A stretch of DNA of 64,000 nt from Candidatus Babeliales bacterium. Its GTDB lineage: Bacteria > Babelota > Babeliae > Babelales > JANWKD01. Position 1 is the first letter of the stretch, and each line of letters opens with the position of its first letter. The notes under the pieces were generated by a model. That model made no database searches. It worked only from the letters and a program-made list of their open reading frames with translations, and was not told where the DNA came from. Where the stretch lies: positions 320,001 to 384,000 of the forward strand of contig CAVRJM010000001.1 of the NCBI GenBank assembly GCA_963722075.1, in the 5' to 3' direction. Positions 29,105 through 38,508 of the stretch are shown here, in pieces. The translations under genes were made by a program, and so were the position numbers.

Positions 29105-30172
29105 ATGAAAAATCTGCTGATACATCTTTCTTTGGTGGATGGCATCGGGCCTGCAGCAATCACCGCTATTATGAATTATGCTGCGGGGTATGCTGAAAGC
29201 GATGTCTATCTTTTTTCTACACATGATTTTATTAAAGCCGGATTGAGTGAAGCAGCTGCTATAAAAGTAGTAGCTGCATTACAAAATAAAGCTCTGCTAG
29301 AACAAGAATTGGAATTGGCACAGCGGCATGCTATTACGCTGGTAACTATTTTGGATGAATCATATCCCGCACTTTTAAAGCAGATTTATTTACCACCGGC
29401 GGTTTTATATAGTAAAGGAACGCTCCCAGCACATAAATCATTAGCCGTAGTTGGTTCGCGCAAAGCAAGCTCCTATGCACATCGGGCGGTCGAACTACTA
29501 TTACCACCCCTTATTGAGGCAGGTTGGATGATTACGAGTGGTGGGGCTTTGGGAGCCGATACTATTGCGCATCAATTAACGCTGCAACAAAAAGGAACCA
29601 CCGTTGCCGTTTTAGGTGCTGGCTTATTACGCTTATACCCGCGCGAAAATAAAAAGCTTTTTAATGAGATAGTGGCAACCGGCGGTGCATTAGTGAGCCC
29701 GTTTCCCCTACAATTTGAACCATTGCCGGGCAATTTTCCGGCACGCAATCGTATTATTGCAGGATTAAGTATCGGTTGCTTAGTGGTGCAAGCTGCGCAC
29801 AAAAGTGGTGCCCGTATAACTGCTCAATACGCGCTTGAGCAAGGAAAAGATGTTTTTGCTGTACCCGGCCTTCTTGATGATCCGCTGCAAGCAGGATGCC
29901 ATGAACTTATCCAACACGGTGCTAAATTGGTAACCAGCGCTGCTGATATTGCTTCAGAATTTAATGAACAAATAGCGGAAGTACCTGCACCAAGCCCAAA
30001 AATTGATACTATATCAGATCCTTTTCTAACCTTATGCAAAAGGCCTACTTCATTTGAAGAACTGCTTGTGCATACCAATCTTTCAAGCATTGCCTTGCAA
30101 GAAAAACTGTTCCATTTACAACTTGACGGTAAAATTGAACAAAATTTTGCTGGTTTGTGGCAAGCGCTTTAA
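29105..30172 (+). CDS. dprA: DNA-processing protein DprA
   Basis: AVVGSR, SGGALGAD, FPARNRIIAGLS, SGARITA, VFAVPG. Confidence 0.95.
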   Translation: MKNLLIHLSLVDGIGPAAITAIMNYAAGYAESDVYLFSTHDFIKAGLSEAAAIKVVAALQNKALLEQELELAQRHAITLVTILDESYPALLKQIYLPPAVLYSKGTLPAHKSLAVVGSRKASSYAHRAVELLLPPLIEAGWMITSGGALGADTIAHQLTLQQKGTTVAVLGAGLLRLYPRENKKLFNEIVATGGALVSPFPLQFEPLPGNFPARNRIIAGLSIGCLVVQAAHKSGARITAQYALEQGKDVFAVPGLLDDPLQAGCHELIQHGAKLVTSAADIASEFNEQIAEVPAPSPKIDTISDPFLTLCKRPTSFEELLVHTNLSSIALQEKLFHLQLDGKIEQNFAGLWQAL

Positions 30173-30366
30173 CGCTTAAAATATTGACTTAAAATTGCCT
30201 GATCCGTTAAGGTTAACCAATATGGAAAGGCATGATATGAAGCAAATTATTTTCTTTTCTTTTTTAGTGTTATTGCGTGAGCATCAACTATGCTGTCATA
30301 AAAATAAACAAAATGCGATTCCTATTTTGGGAGCGCCGTTATTATAGGTAAAAAAAGGAGTACTGT

Positions 30367-30813
30367 ATGAAATATCCGTTTTTATGGTTATTAGTTTTTC
30401 TTTCAATGAATAATCAGTTGTATTGTTTTGAAAGAATAAAGAAATTATTGCAAGATTTTACCAAAACAATAGAAGAGTATGCAACCGAATCTCAAGAAGC
30501 TGAAAAGAAAAACCCCTCACCAAAAAAAAAGGGTTTGTCAGAGAAAGAATTTGAGAAATTACATGAAAAAGTAAAAGAAACGACCGAGCGCCATTTGAAA
30601 CAAGAAGCTGCACAAAAAGAAGCCGAAGAAGAAGAAAGGCAACGCAAAGAACAAGAAGCTAAAAAAGAAATTAAATCTCGCCAAAGAATATTAAAAACTC
30701 AGCTTATTCCTATGTTGCAGGGAGAACAACCAAGCAGTTTTGAAGATTTGCACGGTTCATTGACTGATTTAAAAGATAAATTAGATAGTTTATTGGTGAT
30801 AATGGAAAAGTAA
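30367..30813 (+). CDS. Secreted coiled-coil hypothetical protein
   Basis: AAGGAG RBS, signal peptide, E/K-rich helix. Confidence 0.7.
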   Translation: MKYPFLWLLVFLSMNNQLYCFERIKKLLQDFTKTIEEYATESQEAEKKNPSPKKKGLSEKEFEKLHEKVKETTERHLKQEAAQKEAEEEERQRKEQEAKKEIKSRQRILKTQLIPMLQGEQPSSFEDLHGSLTDLKDKLDSLLVIMEK

Positions 30814-30831
30814 TTAAGGGAGTATGAAATA

Positions 30832-31845
30832 ATGAAGAACTTTAAAAGACTTATAGCCATAGGGTCTATTAGTTTACTAGGTACTATATATAGCATGCAG
30901 AAGCCATTAGCAAAAGAATATGAAGCATCAGGAAAAAAGGAGCTTCAAGAGGCTTTTAAGCAAGCATTGCTTTATGAAAAAGAGGCGACTGAGCGTGCTC
31001 GAGAGACAAAAATAGAGGCTGAGAGACAAAGAAGAGAGCAAGAGAAAACTCGTGAAATGGCAGAGTGGCTTCGCGCCGAAGAAGAGCGAGCTGAGGTAAG
31101 AAAATTAGAAGAGAGGCGTCGCGAACAACAACGTGCCCGAGAAAAAAGGGAAGAAGAAAAAAAGTTGCAGCGAGAAGAAAAAATGGCTGAAATGAAAAAG
31201 CATATTCATAATTGGGAGCAATTTCTTGAAGAAAGTAGAGGTAGGGCTGAACAGAAAACAGGAATCACCTTGGAAGAAATAGAGCAAGAGGTAACTCGAG
31301 AGGCAGAAGAAAAAAGAAAAATTGAAGAACTAACATTACAAGCAGATGAAGCAAGAAGGGCGGCAGAGGAAGAGCGACGAAGAGCTGAACGAGAGGAAAG
31401 TCGAAAAGCATTAGCATATGAAAAAATGCAAGCTGAACTAAAGCAAGCAGAGCAGCAATGGATGCTTGAGCAATTAGCAGCGGAAAAATTAAAAATAGAA
31501 CAAGAACAAGAACGGCAAAAGCGCGCTGAACAAATACGAAGACTGCCTCAAGGAGAAAGAAAAGAAGCTACAAAAAGAATGAGGCGGGAAATAGAAAAAG
31601 AAAAATCGCGAGAAAGAGGAAGAAAAGCTGAAGAGCGAAAAAGATTAGAAGAAAGAGCTGCTGAATTGGCTGATATTTTGGAATTGGCCAAAACGTCAGA
31701 AGAAAGAGAAGAAGAACAACAGCAAGCAGAACTTGAAGCGCGATTAGAACAGTTACGACCAAGAGGTAATAAGCCTAATTTGCCTCAATTACTCGAACAA
31801 TTAAGGAATAAGCTTACTATGATTACTTCTACCTTGTCTCGTTAA
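30832..31845 (+). CDS. Secreted E/R/K-rich long helical protein
   Basis: GGAG RBS, signal peptide, about 280 aa of charged helix. Confidence 0.75.
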   Translation: MKNFKRLIAIGSISLLGTIYSMQKPLAKEYEASGKKELQEAFKQALLYEKEATERARETKIEAERQRREQEKTREMAEWLRAEEERAEVRKLEERRREQQRAREKREEEKKLQREEKMAEMKKHIHNWEQFLEESRGRAEQKTGITLEEIEQEVTREAEEKRKIEELTLQADEARRAAEEERRRAEREESRKALAYEKMQAELKQAEQQWMLEQLAAEKLKIEQEQERQKRAEQIRRLPQGERKEATKRMRREIEKEKSRERGRKAEERKRLEERAAELADILELAKTSEEREEEQQQAELEARLEQLRPRGNKPNLPQLLEQLRNKLTMITSTLSR

Positions 31846-31853
31846 TTAGATTT

Positions 31854-31897
31854 CCGATACGACAAATAGTAATTTTTGTCGTATCGGTGATTCTTTT
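31854..31897 (+). terminator. Putative terminator
   Basis: CCGATACGACAAA / TTTGTCGTATCGG 13-bp stem then T-rich tract. Confidence 0.65.
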
Positions 31898-31991
31898 AAT
31901 TGGTCGACTAAAAAATTGAAATTTTTATTACTTTTGGTACTCTGAATATACATTTTACTATGCAATTTCTATATTTTTGGAGAATTTTGTC

Positions 31992-32252
31992 ATGCCAGTA
32001 CCAAAACGAAAACGGTCTAAAACCAGAAGAGATAAACGCTTTGCTAATAAAGGGTTAAAACCTAAGCAAATTACTAGCTGCGCTCATTGTAAATCAGCTA
32101 CTGCACCGCATCAAGTATGTAAAGAATGCGGTTATTATAAAGGAAGTAAGGTTTTATCTACTAAAGTAGAGCGTGCCGTCAAACGAGCAGAATTACAACA
32201 ATCAAAAGCAAAAAAGGCTAAAGAAGCTGAAAAAACTGAACCACAAGAGTAA
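31992..32252 (+). CDS. rpmF: 50S ribosomal protein L32
   Basis: MPVPKRKRSK, C..C...PH.VC..CGYYKG; charged C-terminal extension. Confidence 0.95.
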   Translation: MPVPKRKRSKTRRDKRFANKGLKPKQITSCAHCKSATAPHQVCKECGYYKGSKVLSTKVERAVKRAELQQSKAKKAKEAEKTEPQE

Positions 32253-32254
32253 TT

Positions 32255-33301
32255 ATGATAGCAGTAGATGCTATGGGTGGCGATTTTGCCCCCGAAACTA
32301 CGGTGCGCGGGGCATATAATGCAGCCCGTAAAAAAATAAGTATTGCCTTATATGGTCCTCAAAAAACCGTAGCGGATATTTTAACCAAAATTGACCCAAA
32401 TTGGCAGCTACTTCCTATTAAAATCATTGAATGCTCTGATGCTATTGGTATGGCTGAAGAACCAACCCGCAGTATACTCAAAAAAGATTCCTCTTTAATG
32501 CGGGCGCTTTATGATGTTAAACAAAAAGAGGCGCTTGCGGTTGTTTCTGCAGGAAATTCAGGAGCCGCCGTAGTAGGAAGTATCATGGCTTTTGGGCGGT
32601 TAAAAGGAATCATGAGGCCTGCTCTGGGGACCTTTATTCCAACTACCCATGGGTCAGTTTTTTTAATGGATATCGGGGCAAATGTTGATTGTAAACCCGA
32701 TTACTTATTGCAATTTGCCTATATGGGCCATTCCTTTATACAACAGCACAAAGGAATAAAGAATCCACGCATTGGCTTGCTTTCTAATGGGCATGAACGC
32801 GGAAAAGGGTCTGCCGCTATTAAACAAGCATATTATCTGTTGGAGCATTCTTCATTGAATTTCGTTGGTAATATAGAATCGCGTGATCTCTTTAATGAAG
32901 TAACTGACGTTTTAATTTGCGATGGATTTATGGGCAATATTTTATTAAAAGGAGTACAAGGTGCTGCTGCCCATTTAAAACAGTTGATAAAAAACAGTTT
33001 TAAAGAGTCCTTTATTTCCCAGTGTGCCGGTTTACTAGCAACTCCCTTTTTAAAAAAGATGCAAAAGCAAATGGATTATCGTCAAGTAGGGGGCGCTTTA
33101 TTATTAGGGGTTAATTATCCATTGATTATTGCTCATGGCTGTTCTAATGCAGTAGCATTTGAAAATGCTATTCTTTATGCGCATGATATTGTACAAACAA
33201 GGGTGGTAGAACAATTTAATCAACAATTAGTTACTTTGTTGGATCATGAAGAGGCGGTAAAAAAATCTCTTGAGCCAGCACAATCAATGGTTTTATGCTA
33301 A
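32255..33301 (+). CDS. plsX: Phosphate acyltransferase PlsX
   Basis: IAVDAMGGDFAP, SAGNSGA, RPAL, DIGAN, DGF.GN..LK, GGALLLG, AHG. Confidence 0.95.
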   Translation: MIAVDAMGGDFAPETTVRGAYNAARKKISIALYGPQKTVADILTKIDPNWQLLPIKIIECSDAIGMAEEPTRSILKKDSSLMRALYDVKQKEALAVVSAGNSGAAVVGSIMAFGRLKGIMRPALGTFIPTTHGSVFLMDIGANVDCKPDYLLQFAYMGHSFIQQHKGIKNPRIGLLSNGHERGKGSAAIKQAYYLLEHSSLNFVGNIESRDLFNEVTDVLICDGFMGNILLKGVQGAAAHLKQLIKNSFKESFISQCAGLLATPFLKKMQKQMDYRQVGGALLLGVNYPLIIAHGCSNAVAFENAILYAHDIVQTRVVEQFNQQLVTLLDHEEAVKKSLEPAQSMVLC

Positions 33302-33372
33302 GGCGCGCTTGAGTGTTTTGGTGTAGTATGCTACTGTTTTCATTATTAATAAGATATTAAGCGGAGATTGAT

Positions 33373-34041
33373 ATGGTAATCCAAGATTTATTTACGGTTA
33401 AAGGTTTAACAGATTTTGTACAAAACTATACAAAAGAACTTATGATAGCAGGCTGCTGCTTGGGTGCTGGTGCAGTTGGTATTTATTTTTATCATGACCA
33501 TTATTCAAAAAAGCAAGAACAAGCACAAATAGCATTTTCTCAAACAATTGCAGAATTATTACATCCTAAAAAAGATGAGCAAACATGGGCCAATGCTACT
33601 CTTGCTGCAAAGACGGGTTATCGCACGTACAAAAATTCTTCATTGGCGCCTTATTTTTTAGCACTCGAAGCCGAGGCGCAACTACAGCAAAATAATATAA
33701 AAGAAGGGATTAATTTGTTACAGGATGCCCTTAATCAGATGGGTTCTAAATCTCCTTTTTATTATTTATTTAAAACTAAACTTGCGCGCATAAAACTTGA
33801 TGCTGAAGATCTAGCAATACAAACAGAAGGTTTTAATGAGCTCAAAGCATTAGCTGAAGATACCGCTAATAAGCAACGCGATGAAGCGTTGTATTATTTG
33901 GGGGAATATTATGCATCGCATGATGATGCTGCAAATGCACATGAGGCATGGCAAAAATTAATTAATGAATTTGCGGTGATACAGGATTCTACCATGTCTC
34001 CGTGGGCAGCATTAATAATTAATAAAGCTCAGCAAAAATAG
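33373..34041 (+). CDS. Membrane-anchored TPR protein (YfgM-like)
   Basis: N-terminal TM followed by TPR-like helices (ALYYLGEYY). Confidence 0.6.
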   Translation: MVIQDLFTVKGLTDFVQNYTKELMIAGCCLGAGAVGIYFYHDHYSKKQEQAQIAFSQTIAELLHPKKDEQTWANATLAAKTGYRTYKNSSLAPYFLALEAEAQLQQNNIKEGINLLQDALNQMGSKSPFYYLFKTKLARIKLDAEDLAIQTEGFNELKALAEDTANKQRDEALYYLGEYYASHDDAANAHEAWQKLINEFAVIQDSTMSPWAALIINKAQQK

Positions 34042-34073
34042 TTAATCGCTTGTCAAAGGAAATAGCAGGCATC

Positions 34074-35483
34074 ATGAATACAAGCAAAAACCACCATGTT
34101 CGCGTTCGCTTTGCTCCTTCGCCAACCGGGCATTTACATATCGGCGGATTACGAACGACCTTATTTAATTGGCTTTTTGCACGTCATAATAAAGGGGCAT
34201 TTCTCTTACGCATAGAAGATACCGATTTAGAACGATCAAAGCCGGAATTTGTGTATTCAATTCTAGAAGCGTTGGACTGGTGTGCCATCTCTAGTGATGA
34301 AACAGTGCATATTCAAAGTCATTCCATAGAAATTCATAAAAAGCTTATTCAAAAATTGCTCGATGAAGGGAAAGCATATCGTTGTTACTGCCCGCCAAGC
34401 ACCGATATTGAAAATATGGATTATTACCGATATGGTTCTTTTTGTAGAATGCGTGAGCAGGTAACGGTAGATCAGCCATTTGTAGTGCGCATAAAATTAC
34501 CGACTGATAAAACACATATTGAATTTAGTGATCTTATTTATGGACCGATTTCTTTTGCGCTTGATCAATTTGATGATTTTATTATAGCGCGATCGGATGG
34601 TACCCCTGTTTATAATTTTGTGGTAGTTGCTGACGATGCCGCTATGAAAATTACGCATGTAATTCGTGGTGAGGAGCATTTGCAAAATACACCAAAACAA
34701 ATTCTATTATATCAAGCACTGGGATATGATATACCTGCGTTTGCACATTTACCCTTAATTTTAGGTCCCAGTGGTTCTAAATTAAGTAAGCGGGATGGCG
34801 CAACGGCGGTGGTTGATTATAAGAAGAATGGTTATTTAGCGGCAGCCTTATGTAATTATTTGGTGCGATTAGGATGGTCTCATGGCGATCAAGAGGTTTT
34901 TGCTGTAGATGAATTAATTACTTATTTTAGCCTTGATGGGGTAAATAAAAAAGCGGCAATTTTTGATCATAAAAAATTGGATTGGCTAAATGGTGTTTAT
35001 TTACGAAAAACGGATAATCAAGAAATAATTAATCTTATTCAGCGTGATGTGGATCATGCTTTCTGTGCGGATTTATCACAATGGAGCCATAACCAATTAA
35101 TAGGATTTATTGGTCTTTATAAAGAGCGCTGTGTAACCTTACTAGAGTTGAGTAATAAAATTCGCTCATTGTACTTTCATGATCAAGAAATACCAGCCGG
35201 GGAATTAGAAGCATGGCTTAAAGAAGATACGGTACATTTTTTACAACAATGTATTGAATATTTTCAAACGATGCCTGAATACAATGCAGAACAGATTAAA
35301 CAGTTTTTTAAGACATTTAGTAAAACAGAAAATGTGCCTTTAGTGGAATTAGCACAACCGGCCAGACTTGCATTAACAGCTACGGTAGCAAGCCCTGGCG
35401 TATTTGAACTTATGGCTTTATTGGGAAAAGATGAAACAGTCAGTCGGTTGAGAAGATTCATTACATTAATAGAAAAAAGGTAA
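34074..35483 (+). CDS. gltX: Glutamate--tRNA ligase
   Basis: RFAPSPTG.LHIGG, RIEDTD, ITHVIRGEEH, KLSKR. Confidence 0.97.
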   Translation: MNTSKNHHVRVRFAPSPTGHLHIGGLRTTLFNWLFARHNKGAFLLRIEDTDLERSKPEFVYSILEALDWCAISSDETVHIQSHSIEIHKKLIQKLLDEGKAYRCYCPPSTDIENMDYYRYGSFCRMREQVTVDQPFVVRIKLPTDKTHIEFSDLIYGPISFALDQFDDFIIARSDGTPVYNFVVVADDAAMKITHVIRGEEHLQNTPKQILLYQALGYDIPAFAHLPLILGPSGSKLSKRDGATAVVDYKKNGYLAAALCNYLVRLGWSHGDQEVFAVDELITYFSLDGVNKKAAIFDHKKLDWLNGVYLRKTDNQEIINLIQRDVDHAFCADLSQWSHNQLIGFIGLYKERCVTLLELSNKIRSLYFHDQEIPAGELEAWLKEDTVHFLQQCIEYFQTMPEYNAEQIKQFFKTFSKTENVPLVELAQPARLALTATVASPGVFELMALLGKDETVSRLRRFITLIEKR

Positions 35484-35486
35484 ACG

Positions 35487-36407
35487 ATGAAAATTGGTAT
35501 GCTTTTTCCAGATTATGGAAGCCAATTTGTAGGCATGGGTAAAGAATTGTATGATAATTCGCGTCTTATACAAGAATATTTTGAAGAGGCTTTCAATTGC
35601 TTAAATATCAATTTTGTTAAGCTCTGTTTTGCTTCTTCTGATGCTGAGCTTGCTAAGTCAGAGAATGCGTATGTATCAATTTTTTTAATCAGTGTTGCTA
35701 CGGCGGCATTACTTAAGCAAGAAGAAATTATTCCTGCTTCAGTTGCTGGGTATGGCATAGGTGAATTAAGTGCCACCTGTATAGCGCAAGGGTTAAGTTT
35801 TCCCGATGGCCTTTATTTTCTTAATAAATTTGCTCAGTTTTATCACGAATTATTGCAATCCTGTTCTGTTTCATTGCTAAAAATAGAAGGTGTTACTACA
35901 AAAACAGTTATGCAGCTTTTAAAAGAACAAAATGATAGTTCCCTTTCTATTGCTGTATATGAAACTGATGATCAGCATATAGTAGGGGGTAATAAGAATG
36001 CGATTGAGGCGCTTAAAAAACAGTGTGCAGAACAAAAAATAACAACGCGTGATATTTCGATTGAAAAAGGATTGCATAGTAATCTTATGGATCCGGTGGT
36101 TAATCAATTAGTAATGTATTTGCAAAAGATCGATTTTAAAAATGTATCGATCCCACTTATTGCAAGTGTTGATGGCTCAATTATATTAAAAAAAGAGTTG
36201 GTTAAAAGACGGATAATCAAACAATTACATGCACCTATTTATTGGAATAAAGTTTTACCGCATATATACGATTGGGATATTATAATTGAGGTTGGTCCAG
36301 GAACAACATTAACCAAGATTGTTCAACAAAAATATCCAGAAAAAAAAGTCTTTTCTATAAATAAAATGTCGGATATTGAAGAACTCAAAAATGTTGTTAG
36401 TAAATAA
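35487..36407 (+). CDS. fabD: FabD-like malonyl-CoA:ACP transacylase homologue with degenerate active site
   Basis: LFP..GSQ.VGMG, LHS.LM, EVGPG; but GHSxG is replaced by GYGIG. Confidence 0.8.
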   Translation: MKIGMLFPDYGSQFVGMGKELYDNSRLIQEYFEEAFNCLNINFVKLCFASSDAELAKSENAYVSIFLISVATAALLKQEEIIPASVAGYGIGELSATCIAQGLSFPDGLYFLNKFAQFYHELLQSCSVSLLKIEGVTTKTVMQLLKEQNDSSLSIAVYETDDQHIVGGNKNAIEALKKQCAEQKITTRDISIEKGLHSNLMDPVVNQLVMYLQKIDFKNVSIPLIASVDGSIILKKELVKRRIIKQLHAPIYWNKVLPHIYDWDIIIEVGPGTTLTKIVQQKYPEKKVFSINKMSDIEELKNVVSK

Positions 36408-36422
36408 AATTAGGAATTTATT

Positions 36423-36674
36423 ATGACACACTATGATTCACCAGATACTTTTGCAAAAGTAGTGGCTATAGTAGCCGCTATTATTAAAATAGATCCAAGT
36501 ACTATTACTGCTGATTCAACGTTTGATTCTTTGGGTGCCGATTCACTCGATATGCTAGAAATTATTATGAAATTAGAAGAAACGTTTGGCATAGAAATTA
36601 GCGACGAACAAGCAGAGCAGATCAAAACGGTAGGGCAAGCTGTTGAGGCAATTCAAAAAATTCGTACTAAATAA
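36423..36674 (+). CDS. acpP: Acyl carrier protein
   Basis: LGADSLD.LE..M.LEE.FGIEI. Confidence 0.95.
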   Translation: MTHYDSPDTFAKVVAIVAAIIKIDPSTITADSTFDSLGADSLDMLEIIMKLEETFGIEISDEQAEQIKTVGQAVEAIQKIRTK

Positions 36675-37467
36675 GAACTTGATTAGCAACGTTATGAGAT
36701 AATTCTTGAGCTATTGAAAACCGTAATGAGTTTTTTGGATGTGTTATACCGCTATTTTCACGTTTTTTCATTAATAATTGCATAAATTCTACATATCCCT
36801 GCGCATATTCTTTGTTTTTTATAGAAGATTTAACGTCAGCTCGTATTTCTTGAAAACGGGAGAGTTTATTAACGGGGTGTTCTTTAGGAAGTGATCCTAA
36901 TGCTTTTCTAAAAAAACGCTTAATAACATAATTTGTGGAGCAATCTTTATGTATATAATGCTGAACCTCATGGCCTATAATAAATTTTTGTGCTTGGGGT
37001 GATAATTTGTTAAATGCTCTCTCATTAATGAATAAAAAAGAATCAGTTGCAGAAGCTACCGAACTATCCTTCCAAGAAACAAGAGGAATATAAGAAAGAT
37101 TAAAATCGGCCAAAATGGAAGCCACCCGTTGCTGGGTAGCTGTTGAAAGTGGATGTTTATTAAGCTCAGAATGGCGTACTTTTTGTTCCCCATTTTTATA
37201 ATTCTCATACCATTGTGCTTTTAATTGAGAACATTCTTGTTGCGATAAACGTATTTGGGAAGAAAGCTCATGCCAAATCTTTTTTTCTTCAGTTTCCAAC
37301 CAATTATTATATGATTCTGCTACCGTTTTTTTAGGATCTATGGGAATAGATAAAAAAGAAGGGGTAGGCTGTTTAATACGATATTTGTATTGATACAAAG
37401 TGAATACAACTGACGTTGAAACAATAAAAACTGAAATAAGTAGGGAAATTATATATTTTTTATTCAT
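36667..37467 (-). CDS. M48-like zinc metallopeptidase
   Basis: HEVQH, E.RAD, THP...R; N-terminal TM. Confidence 0.75.
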   Translation of the reverse strand: MNKKYIISLLISVFIVSTSVVFTLYQYKYRIKQPTPSFLSIPIDPKKTVAESYNNWLETEEKKIWHELSSQIRLSQQECSQLKAQWYENYKNGEQKVRHSELNKHPLSTATQQRVASILADFNLSYIPLVSWKDSSVASATDSFLFINERAFNKLSPQAQKFIIGHEVQHYIHKDCSTNYVIKRFFRKALGSLPKEHPVNKLSRFQEIRADVKSSIKNKEYAQGYVEFMQLLMKKRENSGITHPKNSLRFSIAQELSHNVANQVLI

Positions 37468-37561
37468 AAACCACCATTTTATTGAACTAATATTTAGCGT
37501 ATAGGTTTATAAATTGAAAATCAAACGGTTTTATCTGTTTATTTAAAATTCAAATAGAAAT

Positions 37562-37783
37562 TTAATTACAGTAATGATATCCATAGGTTTTTGGGTAATA
37601 ATTAATTGATGGTGCATAACAGTCGTTATAACAACGGCATCGATTATATAAACATCGTCGATAATCGCCGCGGCTACAATTTCTATTATACCAGCCGCAA
37701 TAAGAACGATTATTCCATGCGTTGCTGGTAAGCGTGATGAAACTGATAATAAAAAATAAGAATAGTGATTGGATTTTATTCAT
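37562..37783 (-). CDS. Small secreted Cys/Tyr/Arg-rich protein
   Basis: GGAG RBS, signal peptide, 7 Cys. Confidence 0.65.
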   Translation of the reverse strand: MNKIQSLFLFFIISFITLTSNAWNNRSYCGWYNRNCSRGDYRRCLYNRCRCYNDCYAPSINYYPKTYGYHYCN

Positions 37784-37800
37784 AGGACTCCATTTTAAAT

Positions 37801-37846
37801 AAAAAAAAGAAGGACAACTTTATACAAAACTGTCCTTCTCTTTTTT
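37801..37846. terminator. Putative terminator hairpin
   Basis: AGAAGGACA...TGTCCTTCT flanked by A and T runs. Confidence 0.6.
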
Positions 37847-37866
37847 CAGATACTTAAAGTGTAAAC

Positions 37867-38193
37867 TTAGTAAGCACCTTCCATACCAGGGTTGGCTACG
37901 CAACCAGTTGGACATTCCCATGAGTATTCAACGTGTTTAACTAAGTTAGCAGGAACTTGAACTGCAGTTAAGCAACATGGAGCTGGACCACATGGTTTTT
38001 CTTCAACACGGGTTACAGCAACTGGAACGTCGTTGCAACGTGGTGCACAACGAGTTTCACAACGAGGTTCGCAAGAACTGTATCCACAGCCTCTAGAACC
38101 ACAATATCCGCCTCTTCTGGGCCATGCAGAAGCATCAGTTACTACTGCCAAGCCAAGGAAGGCTAAAAGTGTAGCTAATAATACCTTTTTCAT
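37867..38193 (-). CDS. Small secreted Cys-rich protein
   Basis: AAGGAG RBS, ASA signal cleavage site, 11 Cys with C-x3-C repeats. Confidence 0.75.
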   Translation of the reverse strand: MKKVLLATLLAFLGLAVVTDASAWPRRGGYCGSRGCGYSSCEPRCETRCAPRCNDVPVAVTRVEEKPCGPAPCCLTAVQVPANLVKHVEYSWECPTGCVANPGMEGAY

Positions 38194-38466
38194 AAGGTCT
38201 CCTTTATTATAAAGGTTGGTTAAAACATATATTCTTATAAAGACCGTTCTTTATAGTTATTTTCAGTATCCCACAAATAGAAATTAAAAATCAATGATTT
38301 TTTCTAAATAATTTAAAATAGATATTTTTTTATTGAATGGCTTTACCTATGGAACAGGTATAATTTACTGAAGATAAGGGTATTTATTGATAGGTTAATA
38401 AATACTAGGTATATGGTGTTTTCTGGTTAAATAATATGCTCTATAGACATAGTATGCTTCGAAAGC

Positions 38467-38508
38467 CGTCGTTGCGATCCAGCCTTCGCCCAAGGGGCTT
38501 CGGCGGAC
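38467..38508. repeat. Truncated family-1 arm fused to a family-2 hairpin
   Basis: CGTCGTTGCGA then TCCAGCCTTCGCCCAAGGGGCTTCGGCGGAC. Confidence 0.7.

Noticed and set aside
26712..30090. Long antisense or alternative-frame ORFs within gyrA and dprA
   Set aside because: Codon-bias shadows of conserved genes with no independent signals.
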